Source of the DNA: Pavona decussata
Taxonomy: Eukaryota
Assembly (NCBI GenBank): GCA_977016875.1
Contig: CDRNST010000171.1
Location: 868,001-932,000 of the forward strand
Length of the DNA stretch: 64,000 nucleotides
Reading direction: 5' to 3'
Shown here piece after piece: positions 26,301-39,537 of the stretch. The translations under genes and the position numbers were made by a program. Under the pieces are notes generated by a model. That model was not told the DNA's origin and ran no database searches. It saw nothing but the letters and a program-made list of their open reading frames with translations. The first letter of the stretch is position 1, and each line of letters opens with the position of its first letter.

Positions 26301-29300
26301 GGCCTTAGTAGCTTTTATTTGTTTAGCCATCTTTAGGTGTCTTGTCCCCGAACTCTAATTTAGAACCACCTTGAAGCACAATAAATTGTATCACAGAAAA
26401 GTACTGCTCAGTAGGTTTCATTTGAATGGTCACACTTAATCTACAGTAGCCTCAAGCATATTTAGGCTTGACCCGCCTAATCAGTGATTTAGCATATTTT
26501 TATTTGGAGACGAAGGAGTTGTCAAAACTTCTTGAAACTTGGCAAACAGTTTGTTATAGATATTTCTACGTATTTTGTTGAGAATGTTTTTGTCACGTGA
26601 CCTGAAAACGACTTATAACCTCTATAATCTTTACTCAAAAATGGGTTACAGAAAGCTACATTAAATCAATCTTTTTTGGTGCTTTTTCGATAGTCCCCTA
26701 GAAAGGCCTTTATCATTCCGTTTTTAATGATGTCCGCGTGCTAACAGTAACGCTAAATTAAGGAAATAGGTCACGTGATGTTATAACGAGTGCCACCTTA
26801 AAAGGCGGAATTACATAGGCAGGATTGTACTTTAAACATTTTAATTACAAAAATTTTCAAACTTTTGGAGTGTAAATCCTGGATGTTGTCCATTTTCAAA
26901 AACACGTTATGTGACGTTATCCGCCAAAGAATGTCACGTGACACTTAGGAATATTTCTGTTTGATCATGGAAGTGGTGCAAGTACTTTTACCAACGGAGA
27001 GTAAGAGGTCCCCAAAACCTCTTAAGGTACTTGAGGCTTTCTTAACGACGTCTTCTAATACGTTTTTGCGCGACAGCGACTAGTTGCAAACGAAATGCCA
27101 ATCGCGGGAAAGATATACTCAAGGCTCGCTTGAAATTATTGCTGTATTTATCAATATTTCTACGTTAATTTGAGAGACGGGGAATGGAAACGAAACGTTT
27201 ATTAGCGTGGCCTAAGACTAAAGAGGAAAAAAAAATAAAACTCTTTGGTTCAACGATTAAAGGCGTTAAGGATATATCATTAAATGACGAAAAAAAAAAG
27301 CTCTGTGCTAAATTATCTAAAATTATCCGCGCATCGATTTTGCCCGTGAAATCTTCATCCCAGCTATGGTCGACATGAAACCTTTATTTACTTATTTATT
27401 TATTTATTTGTTAGGGTTTTAATTTTTGTTTTGTTCTGATAATAACCACTACAGTAACACGATTATCTTTTCAAAAAAATTGTATTTTAGGCAATATTTT
27501 TTCATACAATCGAAAGAATAAATTCGAGATGTCCACAGTTGAGATTCTTTTTTACGTAAATGTTGGTCTCATCCTAAAAACCCTGCCACGATTGCTTTAA
27601 CATTTGAAGGTGCAGCGGCTAACTCCGTCGATAAATCAAGAACTGAGCCATGGCAACTTGAAAACAAATGTGGAGGAATAATTCCATAAGCTTGTAAAAC
27701 GTCCGTTTGATGTTGACTCCTGTTAATGTCTTGTTGCGCCGTTTCTCTGTGACAACTTAGTGCAGGCTCTCCCCTGGCAAACTGACTCCTTGTTAACTAG
27801 GTCGCCAAGCTGTTCCCTCTGCTTTCATAGTCCTCGCTTCTCTTCCAGATCGATGTAAGGCCATGAGACAGATGCCTGATTGGGTTTGAACAGTTCATAT
27901 TCAATGTTAAGTGAGTGAACTCGAATTGGTGGTTTGAAAATATTTTTCAGGTCGCCCATTCTTATGGTCACACAGCAACCTACAATTGCCGGGGTGAGAC
28001 TTATCTCCACCAATGGAATGTCTCAATTTTTTTCTTTTACTTTATTTCCATAATCCCTGTCTTAGCTTCCAAAAAACACGCTGGCGTAAACGATAAATGA
28101 CCTCATGTAATAACAGCAATCTTATTTTTATTAGGGCTCGTGGCATTGGAAACTATTACAAATAAAACACGTTACAGCTACAGTCCCGATATTAACGCGG
28201 CAAATGTTTGAAAACTCATGCTTTTCGTTGACGTTATTGTTGTTTTGGAATGTTTTTCATCACACCCCTTTATCCCGGATAAAGGTAATTAGGCGAGGCG
28301 AATTTTTTTGGGTCATTTCGGCTTGTTTGTTTCGAAACCAAAACAAACAACATGAAGATAAGAAAAGAAAGCAGTGATTTTATTGGTGGGCACGCTGAGG
28401 CGCTTTCATCCCACAGAAGTTTTGTTTGACACCTTGCCCGAAAACATCCGGCAAAACACACGTCATTCGGACAAACAACCAGGATTTTGACTCCATACTT
28501 GGCTTAACCTTTCTCAAGCTCATTAATAATTCATAAAGAGAAAACAAAGGAAATCACTACCGTGAAGGAGGTTTGGAAATGTGATCTTAATTATCATAAA
28601 ATTTTGTGAACTTTTGCCTCGAATTTCTTCAAGAATTATCAATAGTTTGAGAAGCTATATCAAACACTCGAAAGAGTGTTTCCTCCTATTTCTAAACACC
28701 TCAAAGTTGGTTAAAAAAAAGTCGGCTGCGCCTCGTTTTTCCCACCTACTTCTCGGTGTTTGGAAATCGGAGGAAACACTCTTCCTCGTGTTTGATCTAT
28801 TACTTTCAAATTAAAACCAATGTAGGTGATAGTTAGGAAGTGCGTTCCAGTAGGGATGTTTGGAAACAATTCAGCAATGCATAAGTTTGTGTTGGCAGTT
28901 CAAATGGTAGCTGAATAAATGACTATCCTGTACGATAAGCTTTGATCTTTACCGCATACAGGAACCAATATGAGCAGGCAATTATTTCTCAAACTCATTA
29001 ATAATTCATGAAGAGAAAACAAAGGAAATCACTACCGTGAAGGAGGTTTGGAAATATGATCTTAATTATCACAAAATTTTGTGAACTTTTGCTTCGAATT
29101 TCTCCAAGAATTATCAATAGTTTGAGAAGCTATATCAAACACTCGAAAGAGTGTTTCCTCCCATTTCCAAAACACCTCGAAGTTGGTTAAAAAAACTTGG
29201 CTGCGCCTCGTTTTTCCAACCTACTTCTCAGTGTTTGGAAATCGGAGGAAACACTCTTTCTCGTGTTTGATATATTACATGAAACCTAAAAGTCATTAGT

Positions 29301-30759
29301 TTCCTTGGAGACAGGCGGTATGCGGATGAAAAGTTATTGGTTTGGATATGACATGATAGATAGTTCGCCGAGTTGGCTATAATCCTCCCATATCCAACAA
29401 GCGCGAGTGGAATAATTGTTTTATCAGAGACAATCAGAAGTATTGCTAGATTTTGCTGCTTTCACTCTGCAAGAACAACCAGGAAACAATTATTAAAATG
29501 GTCGCTATTTCGCGGACATTGTATAATGGCTGGCATACCATGGCCGCTAAGCCAATTAAATCCCTGGAATTACATTATGCAATGATCCAGTTTTTAATAA
29601 TTTAAAATAGACAAATCAACAAGTCAGTAGTTTCCTAAGAGATGAAACAAACAGTATCCAAACAAAAAAACATCAAGCCATTAGTTTCCATGGAGATCCA
29701 GCAAACAGTAGTTTCCCGCTGCAGAAAACACAGTTACAGAAAATTTTATAGTTGTGTGCCTGGTGACCTGGCCTTTGAGTGAAAGCGAGGCTGAAGCTGA
29801 CTTTGTTGTGACACAAACCTCACTACCTTTGATATGAAAATGATGTTCTTCTGCCAACTCGTTTATATTACGTTAGTAGCTGAAGAACATCATTTTCATA
29901 TCAAAGGTAGTGAAGTTTGTATCACAACAAAGTCTGTTCATGGTTTGAGAAGCTATATCCAGATACCTCGAAGTTGGGTAGAAGAAACTCGGCTGTGCCT
30001 CGTTTTTCAATGACCCACTTCCACGTCCTTGTGTTTGGAAACCGAACGAAACACTCTTCTTCGTGTTCGGTATATTACATCCTTGGAAACCCATGAATAA
30101 AAGATTAAAAGACAAGGCCCCTACTTTTTAGTTTATGTGACAAAATCCAAGCACGCTGTCCTGTCTAAACGCATCGACATTTTATCCGACCGATGTGCAA
30201 ATATTCTACTGTAGCTCGACCCGAAAAAAAACATTTTATATTAAAAACCAGTTTTTTTTCGTTGTTCCCACCTAATTTTTTCTGTGGTGTATATACCATC
30301 AAGATTAAAATGAGTCTGAAATATTGAATATTGAAAAATTAGCTAGTAAAACAGATGGCGTAAATTTGCAGAAATCCTGGCGTGCGTTTAGAAATCAACC
30401 TTAAATTTCAAAAAGAACTTTTTTTCGCCCAAACCATGAAGTAATTAATATATGGTGGATCTAGCGGATTTTAAAACATTTCAGTAAACATTCAGTTTAT
30501 GTTCCTGATACTATTCCTGGTTTTTATTGCACCGCAAGAAGGGTGATTTTTACTGACATAACCTTTGAAATATAAAAAACACAAACACTAACTCTATTAT
30601 TTTGTTAACTGTTGAGTACTAGGAAATCTATTAAGCATTCTGAAGCTGCTTTGTTCATTTGCATCTTCAAGTGCACCTGTGTCAGTTAAATGTCTTCAAT
30701 GCCAACAAAAGATTGTGTGGTCACACATTTTTATCCTTGTCTTTCTAAGCTAATAATGT

Positions 30760-31880
30760 TTTTAAAAAGTGATTGGTAAATGAGATGTCTAAAGCCATAG
30801 TCATTGTTGTGCTATCAAAACAAACCATTAAATTTCGATTTTGTGATCCTGTTTTTATTGAAATCGGCGACAGTTACCATTCAGGGTTTCCGTTCACTAA
30901 GAACTCTTTTCATAAGAAGTTCTTTTGTACATTTGAATCTAGAAGAGAAAACAAATTTTGCATCTCGAAATCCTATTTTTTCGACATTCTGAAACTAAGC
31001 TAGTTATTGTTTTTAAAAAGTGGTAAACGTGAAATGTTCAAAGCCATAGTCATTGTTGTGCTTTCCGCAAATAAACCATTAAATTCGATTATGTGATCCT
31101 ATTTTATTGAAATCGGTGACATTTACCATTAAAGGTTTCCGTTCACTAAGAACTCTATTCATATGAAGTTCCTCTGTACATTTGAATCTAGAATCGTTTG
31201 GCGAAGACCGAAGTGTTTCATCTGAATGGAGAAAACAAATTTTGCATCTCGAAATCCTAATTTTTCGACATTTTGAAGCTAAGCTAATATTCTTTTATAA
31301 AAAGTGTTAATGTGAGACTTTGGACATGATGTCCAAAGCCAAAGTCATTGTTCTTCTATCAAACAAACCGTTAAATTTTGATTATGTGATCCTGTTTTTA
31401 TTGGAATCGGCGACAGTTACAATTCAGGGTTTCCGTTTACTAAGAACTCAATTCATATGAAGTTGCTCAGTGTGTTTCCGCAGCTGAATCTATAATTGTC
31501 GGCTGGAGTAGAGACTGACGAAGATAAGTGTTTTATCTGAATAGAGAAAACAAAATTTGCATCTCCAAATCCTACTTTTTCGACATTCTGAAACTAACAT
31601 TGTTTTTAAAAAGTTGTTGATAAATGAATTGTCCATAATACTTAGTCATTGTTGTGCCATCAAACAAACCATTAAATGTCGATTATGTGATTTAGTTTTT
31701 ATTGAAATCGGCGACAGTTACCATTCACCAAGTTACCGTTCACTATGAACTCTATTCATATGAAGTTCCTTTGTTCATCTTATTCTGGAATTGTATGACT
31801 GACGAAGATAAGTGTTTCCTCTGAATGAAGAAAACAAAATTTACATTTCGAAATCCTCTTTTTGCGACACTGATTCTGAA
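30760..31880 (+). repeat. ~250-300 bp tandem units upstream of GPCR2 (4 units); 2 units upstream of GPCR1 (~22900-23480), 4 upstream of GPCR3 (~34450-35580), 1 at ~25870-26100
   Basis: Recurrent core AAACAAACCATTAAATTTCGATT.TGTGAT...TTTTATTGAAATCGGCGACAGTTACCATTCAGGGTTTCCGTTCACTAAGAACTCTATTCATATGAAGTT. Confidence 0.85.
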
Positions 31881-32316
31881 ATATTCGCTCTCAGCCTAGG
31901 AAGGAAATCAACCTTTTTGAAGAACTTTTCTGTACTTGTTTCATGTGTTTATTGCATTGCTTCGTTTCGCTTCAGGTTAAAATTTCTTCACGATAACACC
32001 GCTATTAATTTAGTTAATAATACACATTGGAGAGGTTTCTTCAATTTAAGATTTCTTTGTTCTTTAAGGAAAGGATTGGAAGAAATAATACAGAAACTAA
32101 TTACCTGAAAATCTTCAGACGTTTTCCTGTAGCAGCTGCAGAACCGCAACGCAAGCCCAGGGGAATAACGCAGGGTCGATTCGCTTAAACTCGTCAGTAA
32201 CACAGCTACTGGTTTGCGATCTGAAAATAACAATCTTCCGCTGGAAGCGAGATGTTCCTTCTATCTCTTAAATCCAAAAATATAAGTTTCAACAACTCGA
32301 CTGGTGCAAAAATAAC

Positions 32317-33552
32317 ATGAACGTTACTAATACCAAAGGATCGACGCTCGGCAATTCTTCTACCATGGCCAGGCCAATTTTCGTCTGCCCACTGTTGCCG
32401 TACTTCATCTGGGACTTAAAAAACCCAACTTCATTTCTCTCATTTCAGTTTGCAATCACCGTCACGTCGATCGCTTGCCCGGCTACCACTCTTTTAAATA
32501 TCTTAGTGATCCTAGCAGTGAAGAAAACAAAAGAGCTGAAAAAGAACTCAAACATTCTACTTTCGAGCCTGGCTGGAGCAGATCTTTTAGTTGGCGCCGT
32601 AGCCATGCCACTGGCAATCACTGTTTGTGCGTTAACTCTCCAAGAACATGAAGTTGAGGATGTTATTTGTACCATAGATTACGTGAGTGATACTGTCATG
32701 TATGCTGCTACCGGTATTTCAATTTCACTTTTAGTTTTAATTTCCTGGGAGAGATATGTAGCGGTAGCAAAATGGGCAGACTACAGGACTATTGTCACAA
32801 GAACCCGTATTAAAAAATACGCAAGAATAGCATGGCTCGTAGCTTCATTCTGGTACATTTCCGTTAGTATAAGACCAGTTTATCACCCTCCCTACGAAGC
32901 CATGGTCACTATGGATGTGGGAACCAGCCTTATGGGCGCTTTCTGCTTAGTTCTAATGGTATATTACTATATCATGGTTTATCGCGGAGTACGCAAATGG
33001 AACCGAAGCCAAATCCGCCAAGTGCAAGCTTTGGTTAACGCCAAAAAAGAAACTAAGGCCGCTAGTACGGCTTTCTTGCTAACAATTTCCGTCGGTATTT
33101 CGATCGTTCCGATAATTATGGTTTTCACCTTCGGTGAAGTTTGGCCTTCTCTACGGAAGAGTTCGCATTTCAGATGGAGCAAGACAATGCTTTCGTTAAA
33201 CTCTTTATTTAACCCTCTTCTTCACTGCTACAGAAACCGCGTTTTTAGGAAAGCAGTGTGGAAGTTGCTAAGATCACCGGGAAAATCTCCGAGAATCCAG
33301 CCGGTGGACACGGATGGAAACCAGCAAAACATCAAGCGAGCAAGGTATGGCAATTCCACTGTATCGACAAACGAGAATAAAGGAGACCTTGAAACCGTTG
33401 AACTGCGACATTTCCGTTGGACTCGATCACAGTCTTGCGGTGCCCTTAAATGCTTAGAACAAGTTGGACAAAAAGCAATGGACGGAGTGCTTCGTCCAGT
33501 GCATCGTGTTGAGCACACATTGCATGATTCTGTCGTATTCTCGGTTAGTTGA
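32317..33552 (+). CDS. Class A (rhodopsin-like) orphan GPCR copy 2, intronless, 411 aa
   Basis: Seven hydrophobic segments, TM1 LLN, TM2 LAGADLLVG, TM3 C...WERY, TM7 NSLFNPLLHCYRN, N-terminal NxT/S sequons. Confidence 0.9.
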   Translation: MNVTNTKGSTLGNSSTMARPIFVCPLLPYFIWDLKNPTSFLSFQFAITVTSIACPATTLLNILVILAVKKTKELKKNSNILLSSLAGADLLVGAVAMPLAITVCALTLQEHEVEDVICTIDYVSDTVMYAATGISISLLVLISWERYVAVAKWADYRTIVTRTRIKKYARIAWLVASFWYISVSIRPVYHPPYEAMVTMDVGTSLMGAFCLVLMVYYYIMVYRGVRKWNRSQIRQVQALVNAKKETKAASTAFLLTISVGISIVPIIMVFTFGEVWPSLRKSSHFRWSKTMLSLNSLFNPLLHCYRNRVFRKAVWKLLRSPGKSPRIQPVDTDGNQQNIKRARYGNSTVSTNENKGDLETVELRHFRWTRSQSCGALKCLEQVGQKAMDGVLRPVHRVEHTLHDSVVFSVS

Positions 33553-36018
33553 TTCTGGCAAGGTTGCCATTCTTAGACGAAACATATGGGCGATGTTGTG
33601 TTTGGAAATCGAATGAAGCACTCTTCTTCGTGTTCGATATATTACATCCTTGAAAACCCATAAATAAAAGATTAAAAGATTTGGCCCCTACTTGGTAGTT
33701 TGTGTGACAAAATCCAAGCCGCTGTCCTATCTAGGTCATCCAGACCCATCGATCAGATTATATCCGACCGATGTACAAATATTCCATTGTAGCTCGACGA
33801 ATTAGAAAAAAATTTATATTAACAAACCCTTCTTTTCGTTGTTCCCACCTAGTTTTTTCTGTGGTGTAAATGCTCCTGTTAATTTAAAAGTCTTAGGCCC
33901 CGTTTTCAAAAGTCTCCGTTTTCATCGCTCACTTTCCGCGACTTAAATTTTCAGTTAATCAGCTGAACGGATGAGGTAGCTACACAAATATGCCATCAAG
34001 ATTAAAATGAGTCTTAAATATTCAATATTGAAAAATTAGCTGGTAAAACAGATGGCGTAAATTTGCAGAAATCCTGGCGTGTGTTAAGAAATCAACCATT
34101 AAATTGCAAAAACAACTTTTTTTCGCCCAAACTATGAAGGAATTAATATATGGTGGATTTAGCGGATTTTAAAACATTTCAGTAAACATTCAGTTTACGT
34201 TCCTGATTCTATTCCTTGTTTTATTGCAGCGCAAGAAGGGTGATTTTTACTGACATAACCTTTGAAAAATAAAGAACACTAATTCTATTATTTTGTTAAC
34301 TGTTGAGTACTTGGAAATCTATTAAGCATTCTGAAGCTGCTTTGTACATCTGCATCTTCAAGTGCACCTGTGTCAGTTAAATGTCTTCAATGCCAACAAA
34401 AGATTGTGTGGTCACACATTTTTATCCTTGTCTTTCTAAGCTAATAATGTTTTTAAAAAGTGATTGGTAAATGAGATGTCTAAAGCCATAGTCATTGTTG
34501 TGGTATCAAACAAACCATTAAATTTCGATTTTGTGATTTTCTTTTTATTGAAATCGGCGAAAGTTACCATTCAAGGTTTCCGTTCACTAAGAACTCTATT
34601 CATAAGAAGTTCCTTTGTACATCTGACTCTAGAAGAGAAAACAAATTTTGTATCTCGAAATCCTATTTTTCGAAATTCTGAACTGAAGTAAGATAGTTAT
34701 TGTTTTTAAAAAGTGGTAAATATGAGATGTTCAAAGCCATAGTCATTGTTGTGCTATCCGCAAATAAACCATTAAATGCGATTATGTGATCCTATTTTAT
34801 TGAAATCGGTGACATTTACCATTAAGGGTTTCCGTTCACTAAGAACTCTATTCATATGAAGTTCCTCTGTACATTTGAATCTAGAATCGTTTGGCGAAGA
34901 CTGAAGTGTTTCATCTGAATGGAGAAAACAAATTTTGCATCTCGAAATCCTAATTTTTCGACATTTTGAAACTAAGCTAATATTGTTTTATAAAAGGTGT
35001 TAATGTGAGACTTTGGACATGATGTCCAAAGCCAAAGTCATTGTTCTTCTATCAAACAAACCATTAAATTTTGATTATGTGATCCTGTTTTTATTGGAAT
35101 CGGCGACAGTTACCATTCAGGGTTTCCGTTCACTAAGAACTCAATGCATATGAAGTTGCTCAGTGTGTTTCCGCAGCTGAATCTATAATTGTCGGCTGGA
35201 GTAGAGACTGACGAAGATAAGTGTTTTATCTGAATAGAGAAAACAAAATTTGCATTTTCAAATCCTACTTTTTCGACATTCTGAAACTAACATTGTTTTT
35301 AAAAAGTGGTTGATAAATGAATTGTCCATAATACTTAGTCATTGTTGTGCCATCAAACAAACCATTAAATGTCGATTATGTGATTTAGTTTTTATTGAAA
35401 TCGGCGACAGTTACCATCACTAAGTTACCGTTCAATATGAACTCTATTCATATGAAGTTCTTTTGTTCATTTTATTCTGGAATTTTATGACTGACGAAGA
35501 TAAGTGTTTCCTCTGAATGAAGAAAACAAATTTGCATCTCGAAATCCTGTTTTTGCGACACTGATTCTGAAGTATTTGCTCTCAGCCTAGGAAGGAAATC
35601 AACCTTTTTCGAGAAATTTTCTGTACTTGTTTCATGTGTTGTGTGTATTGCATTGCTTCGTTTCGCGTCTGATTAAAATTTCTTCACGATAACACCGCTA
35701 TTAATTTAGTTAATAACACACATTGGAGAGGTTTCTTCAATTTAAGATTTCTTTGTTCTTTAAGCAAAGGATTGGGAGAAATAATACAGAAACTAATTAC
35801 GTGAAAATCTTTAGATGCTTTCCTGTAGCAGCTGCAGAACCGCAACGCAAGCCCATGGGAATAACGCAGGGTCGATTCGCTTCAACTCATCAGTAACACA
35901 GCTACTGTGTTTGCGATCTAAAAAATAACAATCTTCCGCTGGAAGCGAGGTGTTCCTTCTGTCTCTTTAATCCGAAAATATAAGTTTCGACAACTCGACC
36001 GTTGCAAAAAAAAAAAAA

Positions 36019-37200
36019 ATGAACGTTACTAATACCAAAGGATCGACGCTCGGCAATTCTTCTGCCATGGCCAGGCCAATTTTCGTCTGCCCACTGTTGC
36101 CGTACTTCATCTGGGACTTAAAAAACCCAACTTCGATTCTCTCATTTCAGTTTGTAATCACCGTCACGTCGATCGCTTGCCTTTTAAATATCTTAGTGAT
36201 CCTAGCGGTGAAGAAAACAAAAGAGCTGAAAAAGAACTCAAACATTCTACTTTCGAGCATGGCTGGAGCAGATCTTTTAGTGGGCGCCGTAGCCATGCCA
36301 CTGGCAATCATTGTTTGTGCGTTTGCTCTCCAAGAACATTTAGTTGAGGATGTTATTTGTACCATAGATCACGTAAGTGATTCTGTCATGTTCACTGCTA
36401 CTACTCTTTTAACTTTGCTTTTAGTTTTAATTGCATGGGAGCGATATGTAGCGGTAACAAAATGGGTAGACTACAGGACTATTGTCACAAGAGGCCGTAT
36501 TAAGAAATACGCAAGAATAGCATGGCTCCTAGATTTATTTTTGTTTATTCGCTTTCTTATAATACTAGCTTACCACCCTCGGCACAAAGTCATAGCCACT
36601 ATAGAGATCTTAAACAGCCTTCTAGCAGCGTTCTGCTTAGTTCTAATCGCATATTACTATATCATGGTTTATTGCGGAGTACGCAAATGGAACCGAAGCC
36701 AAATCCGCCAAGTGCAAGCTTTGGTTAAAGCCAAAGTAGAAACTAAGGCCGCTTATACGGCTTTCTGGTTAACAATTTCCGTTGGTATTTCGATCGTTCC
36801 GATAATTATGGTTTCCACCTTCGGGGAAGTTTGGCCTTCTCTACGGAAGAGTTCGTTTTTCAGGTGGAGCAAGACAATGGTTTCGTTAAACTCTTTATTT
36901 AACCCTCTTCTTCACTGCTACAGAAACCGCGTTTTCAGGAAAGCAGTGTGGAAGTTGCCAAGATCACCGGGAAAATCTCCGAGAATCCAGCCAGTGAACA
37001 CGGATCGCAACCAGCGATACATCAAGTCCTCAAGGTATGGCAATTCCACTGCATCGACAAACGAGAATAATGGAGACCTTGAAACCGTTGAACAGCGCTA
37101 TTTCCGTTGGACTCGATCACAGTCTTGCGGTGCCCTTAAATGCTTAGAACAAGTTGGACAAAGAGCAATGGAGAGAGCTTCGTCCACTGCATCGTGTTGA
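36019..37200 (+). CDS. Class A (rhodopsin-like) orphan GPCR copy 3, intronless, 393 aa
   Basis: Paralog of copies 1 and 2 with the same motifs; lacks PATT (12 bp) in TM1. Confidence 0.88.
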   Translation: MNVTNTKGSTLGNSSAMARPIFVCPLLPYFIWDLKNPTSILSFQFVITVTSIACLLNILVILAVKKTKELKKNSNILLSSMAGADLLVGAVAMPLAIIVCAFALQEHLVEDVICTIDHVSDSVMFTATTLLTLLLVLIAWERYVAVTKWVDYRTIVTRGRIKKYARIAWLLDLFLFIRFLIILAYHPRHKVIATIEILNSLLAAFCLVLIAYYYIMVYCGVRKWNRSQIRQVQALVKAKVETKAAYTAFWLTISVGISIVPIIMVSTFGEVWPSLRKSSFFRWSKTMVSLNSLFNPLLHCYRNRVFRKAVWKLPRSPGKSPRIQPVNTDRNQRYIKSSRYGNSTASTNENNGDLETVEQRYFRWTRSQSCGALKCLEQVGQRAMERASSTASC

Positions 37201-37363
37201 GCACGCATTGCTTGATTCTGTCGTATTCTCGTTTAATGGATTGCGGCTAGGTTACCATTCTTAGTCGAAACATATGGGCGATGTTCAGTCCAATTCAGCA
37301 TGCAACCTGTACTGTAAATGTTGGTACGGTGTTGTGGTGGCTCTGGCGAGAATTGACGAAACC

Positions 37364-37855
37364 CAGGGGCCCCACTCACATATTTTAATGACGGGGGGAT
37401 CCGACAGAGGTTCATATTTTATACCCAAAAAAATCCCAACTTCAGAATTTGTCTACCAAAAAAAAATCCCTCAGTGTTTTTGCATCAGCAAATTTTATTA
37501 TTTATCTTCTGGAAAGCTAAAACATGCCAACTTCAACTTTGGTTTTGGTCAAAAACAAAACTATACAAAAACAAACACAAAAAGCTCGCATGACTGTTAT
37601 AGTGTCTCTTCATCCTATCTTCTGTCGGTAATTACTTTTCAAATAGATTACAAGCTCAGAAATATCCCGTAATACCACACAAGCAGTAAATTGCGCTTAT
37701 GTTATTGTTGATTTGAGCTTATGAAAAATACAATACCCGAAAAAATCCCTGTTTTGTTTTCACGACTCCAAAAAATCCCTTTTGGCCACAATGTTAGACG
37801 CAAAAAATTCCTTCGGACCCCCCCCCCCCCCCCCCGTCATTAAAATATGTGGGAT
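37364..37855. mobile_element. MITE inserted downstream of GPCR3
   Basis: TIR CACATATTTTAATGACGGGGGG...CCCCCCGTCATTAAAATATGTG. Absent at the homologous position after GPCR1. Confidence 0.7.
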
Positions 37856-38091
37856 CAACTAAAGGACTGTCAGTTTCAATAAAACTTTACTTAAGTGGTG
37901 AAAAACTGACTGTTGCAGCTATGATCAATCAGAAAGCCCTAGAGGATGAAAAGTTTTACTGACAGAATTACTTAGAATTAACTGTTTCCAACAGAATTTC
38001 TGGTACAAACTGAGATAGCCGGCATTGAAGGGAGAGGACAGCTTACGACATTGTTTGCACATAGAAATTCAACTGCTTTTATAGGATCAAC

Positions 38092-38338
38092 CTGGCCCCA
38101 GTTATTCAAAGGCCGGATAACTTTATCCGCTAAATAAGGTACTATTCGGGATCTAAAATATACTTCACGTTAAACGTTGTCCAAGGTTTTCGTACACTCC
38201 TAAACTAGACTGTGGTTAGAGTGTGCAAATTCGCTTGTACACGATGAAATACTGAAATCTTTGCACAGATTGAAACTGTCGGATAGTGACTTCCCTCCAC
38301 CGGATAAAGTTATCCGGCCTTTGAACAACTGAGGCCTG
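38092..38338. mobile_element. MITE with ~6-bp TSD (ATCAAC)
   Basis: TIR CTGGCCCCAGTTATTCAAAGGCCGGATAACTTTATCCG / CGGATAAAGTTATCCGGCCTTTGAACAACTGAGGCCTG. Empty site in the GPCR1 downstream homolog (~25515). Confidence 0.75.
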
Positions 38339-39537
38339 ATCAACTAGTGAAATTACACGACAGCGCATTACTCATACACGAAGAGATTGCAGACTATCTA
38401 TAACCTTGTAGAGGAAGAAAAAAGTTTTACATTTCTTGGTGTAAAATTTTGAAAACAGTCACTGTCACTGCAGACTACGCCTTAGTAGCTTTTATTTGAA
38501 TGTTCACGTTGAGGTGTTTTTGTCTACAGACTCAAATTTAGAACCACCATGAAGCATAATAAATTGTACCACGAGAAAGTACTGCTCAGTAGGTTTCATT
38601 TGAGTGTTCATACTTTAGGGATTTCACCCACGGAATCAAAAGTTAAAACTACCTTGTCAGTACCAGAGGAAAGTACTGCTCAGTAGCTTTCATTTGAAAG
38701 GTTATAAGCCAATATATCTGTATTATAAATTGAAGTTAATGTGACAACCATAAAACCATCTGTATCAGTCACGCAAAGTGCTAACAAGACGATGACCACT
38801 GTGTTTAACTCAAAAAGGTCAATTCGACCTCGTGCATTTCACATGCTGTGTCATAAGTAAGCCAATCAAAGTGCAGGAAGTCTTCGCTGTCAATCAAAAC
38901 AGTGACTTCTCTCGCCTTCCCACGTGTAGAGTTCACAATTCTCCTCCATTTCAACTGTTACTTTCACAAATTACCACGCACCCACCCCCTTGTCTTGTTA
39001 GCATATTTGCCACTTACGTTAGCAGTTTTGATCTATTCCAAGTAATCAATTTATTTGGCTTAGTTCGATATAGTAGCAGACATGTTGCCAGCTTCATATT
39101 CATGTCCACACTCCTTTGTTCCGACTTTGGTAGTTACACAGCCCAGCGCTGTTGTGGCCTTATGCAATATGTCTGCCCATTAAAGACTTTGTAACAAAAG
39201 TTGAGATTATATTTAGCTTAGTGCTGGACTGGACTTGAGCAGCCGGTCTGCCCATTGAGACTAGAGTTTACCATTCTTACAGTTATTTAATTAGCACAGT
39301 GCCGCCTCTTACAGAACAGGCATATTGTCTGATTATTTTTCTATCTTATTCTTGATTCTCTTGTTTTACATTTTCGAATCTTATTTTGTCATAATACTTA
39401 TTTACTAATTTATACTTTGCCAGGTTATGATTGTTTTTTCCGCGACACGGCATTTGTTATCCAATAAATTTGGGTGGGGATGAAGTGCTCCATACAGGTC
39501 GCCCTTTGCTCCATAGACTAATATTGTCAGCTGTCTT

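Noticed and set aside
36006-36019. Poly(A) next to GPCR3 as a retroposition mark
   Set aside because: It is 5' of the ATG and is an expansion of the CAAAAATAAC seen in copy 2; flanks show DNA-level tandem duplication.
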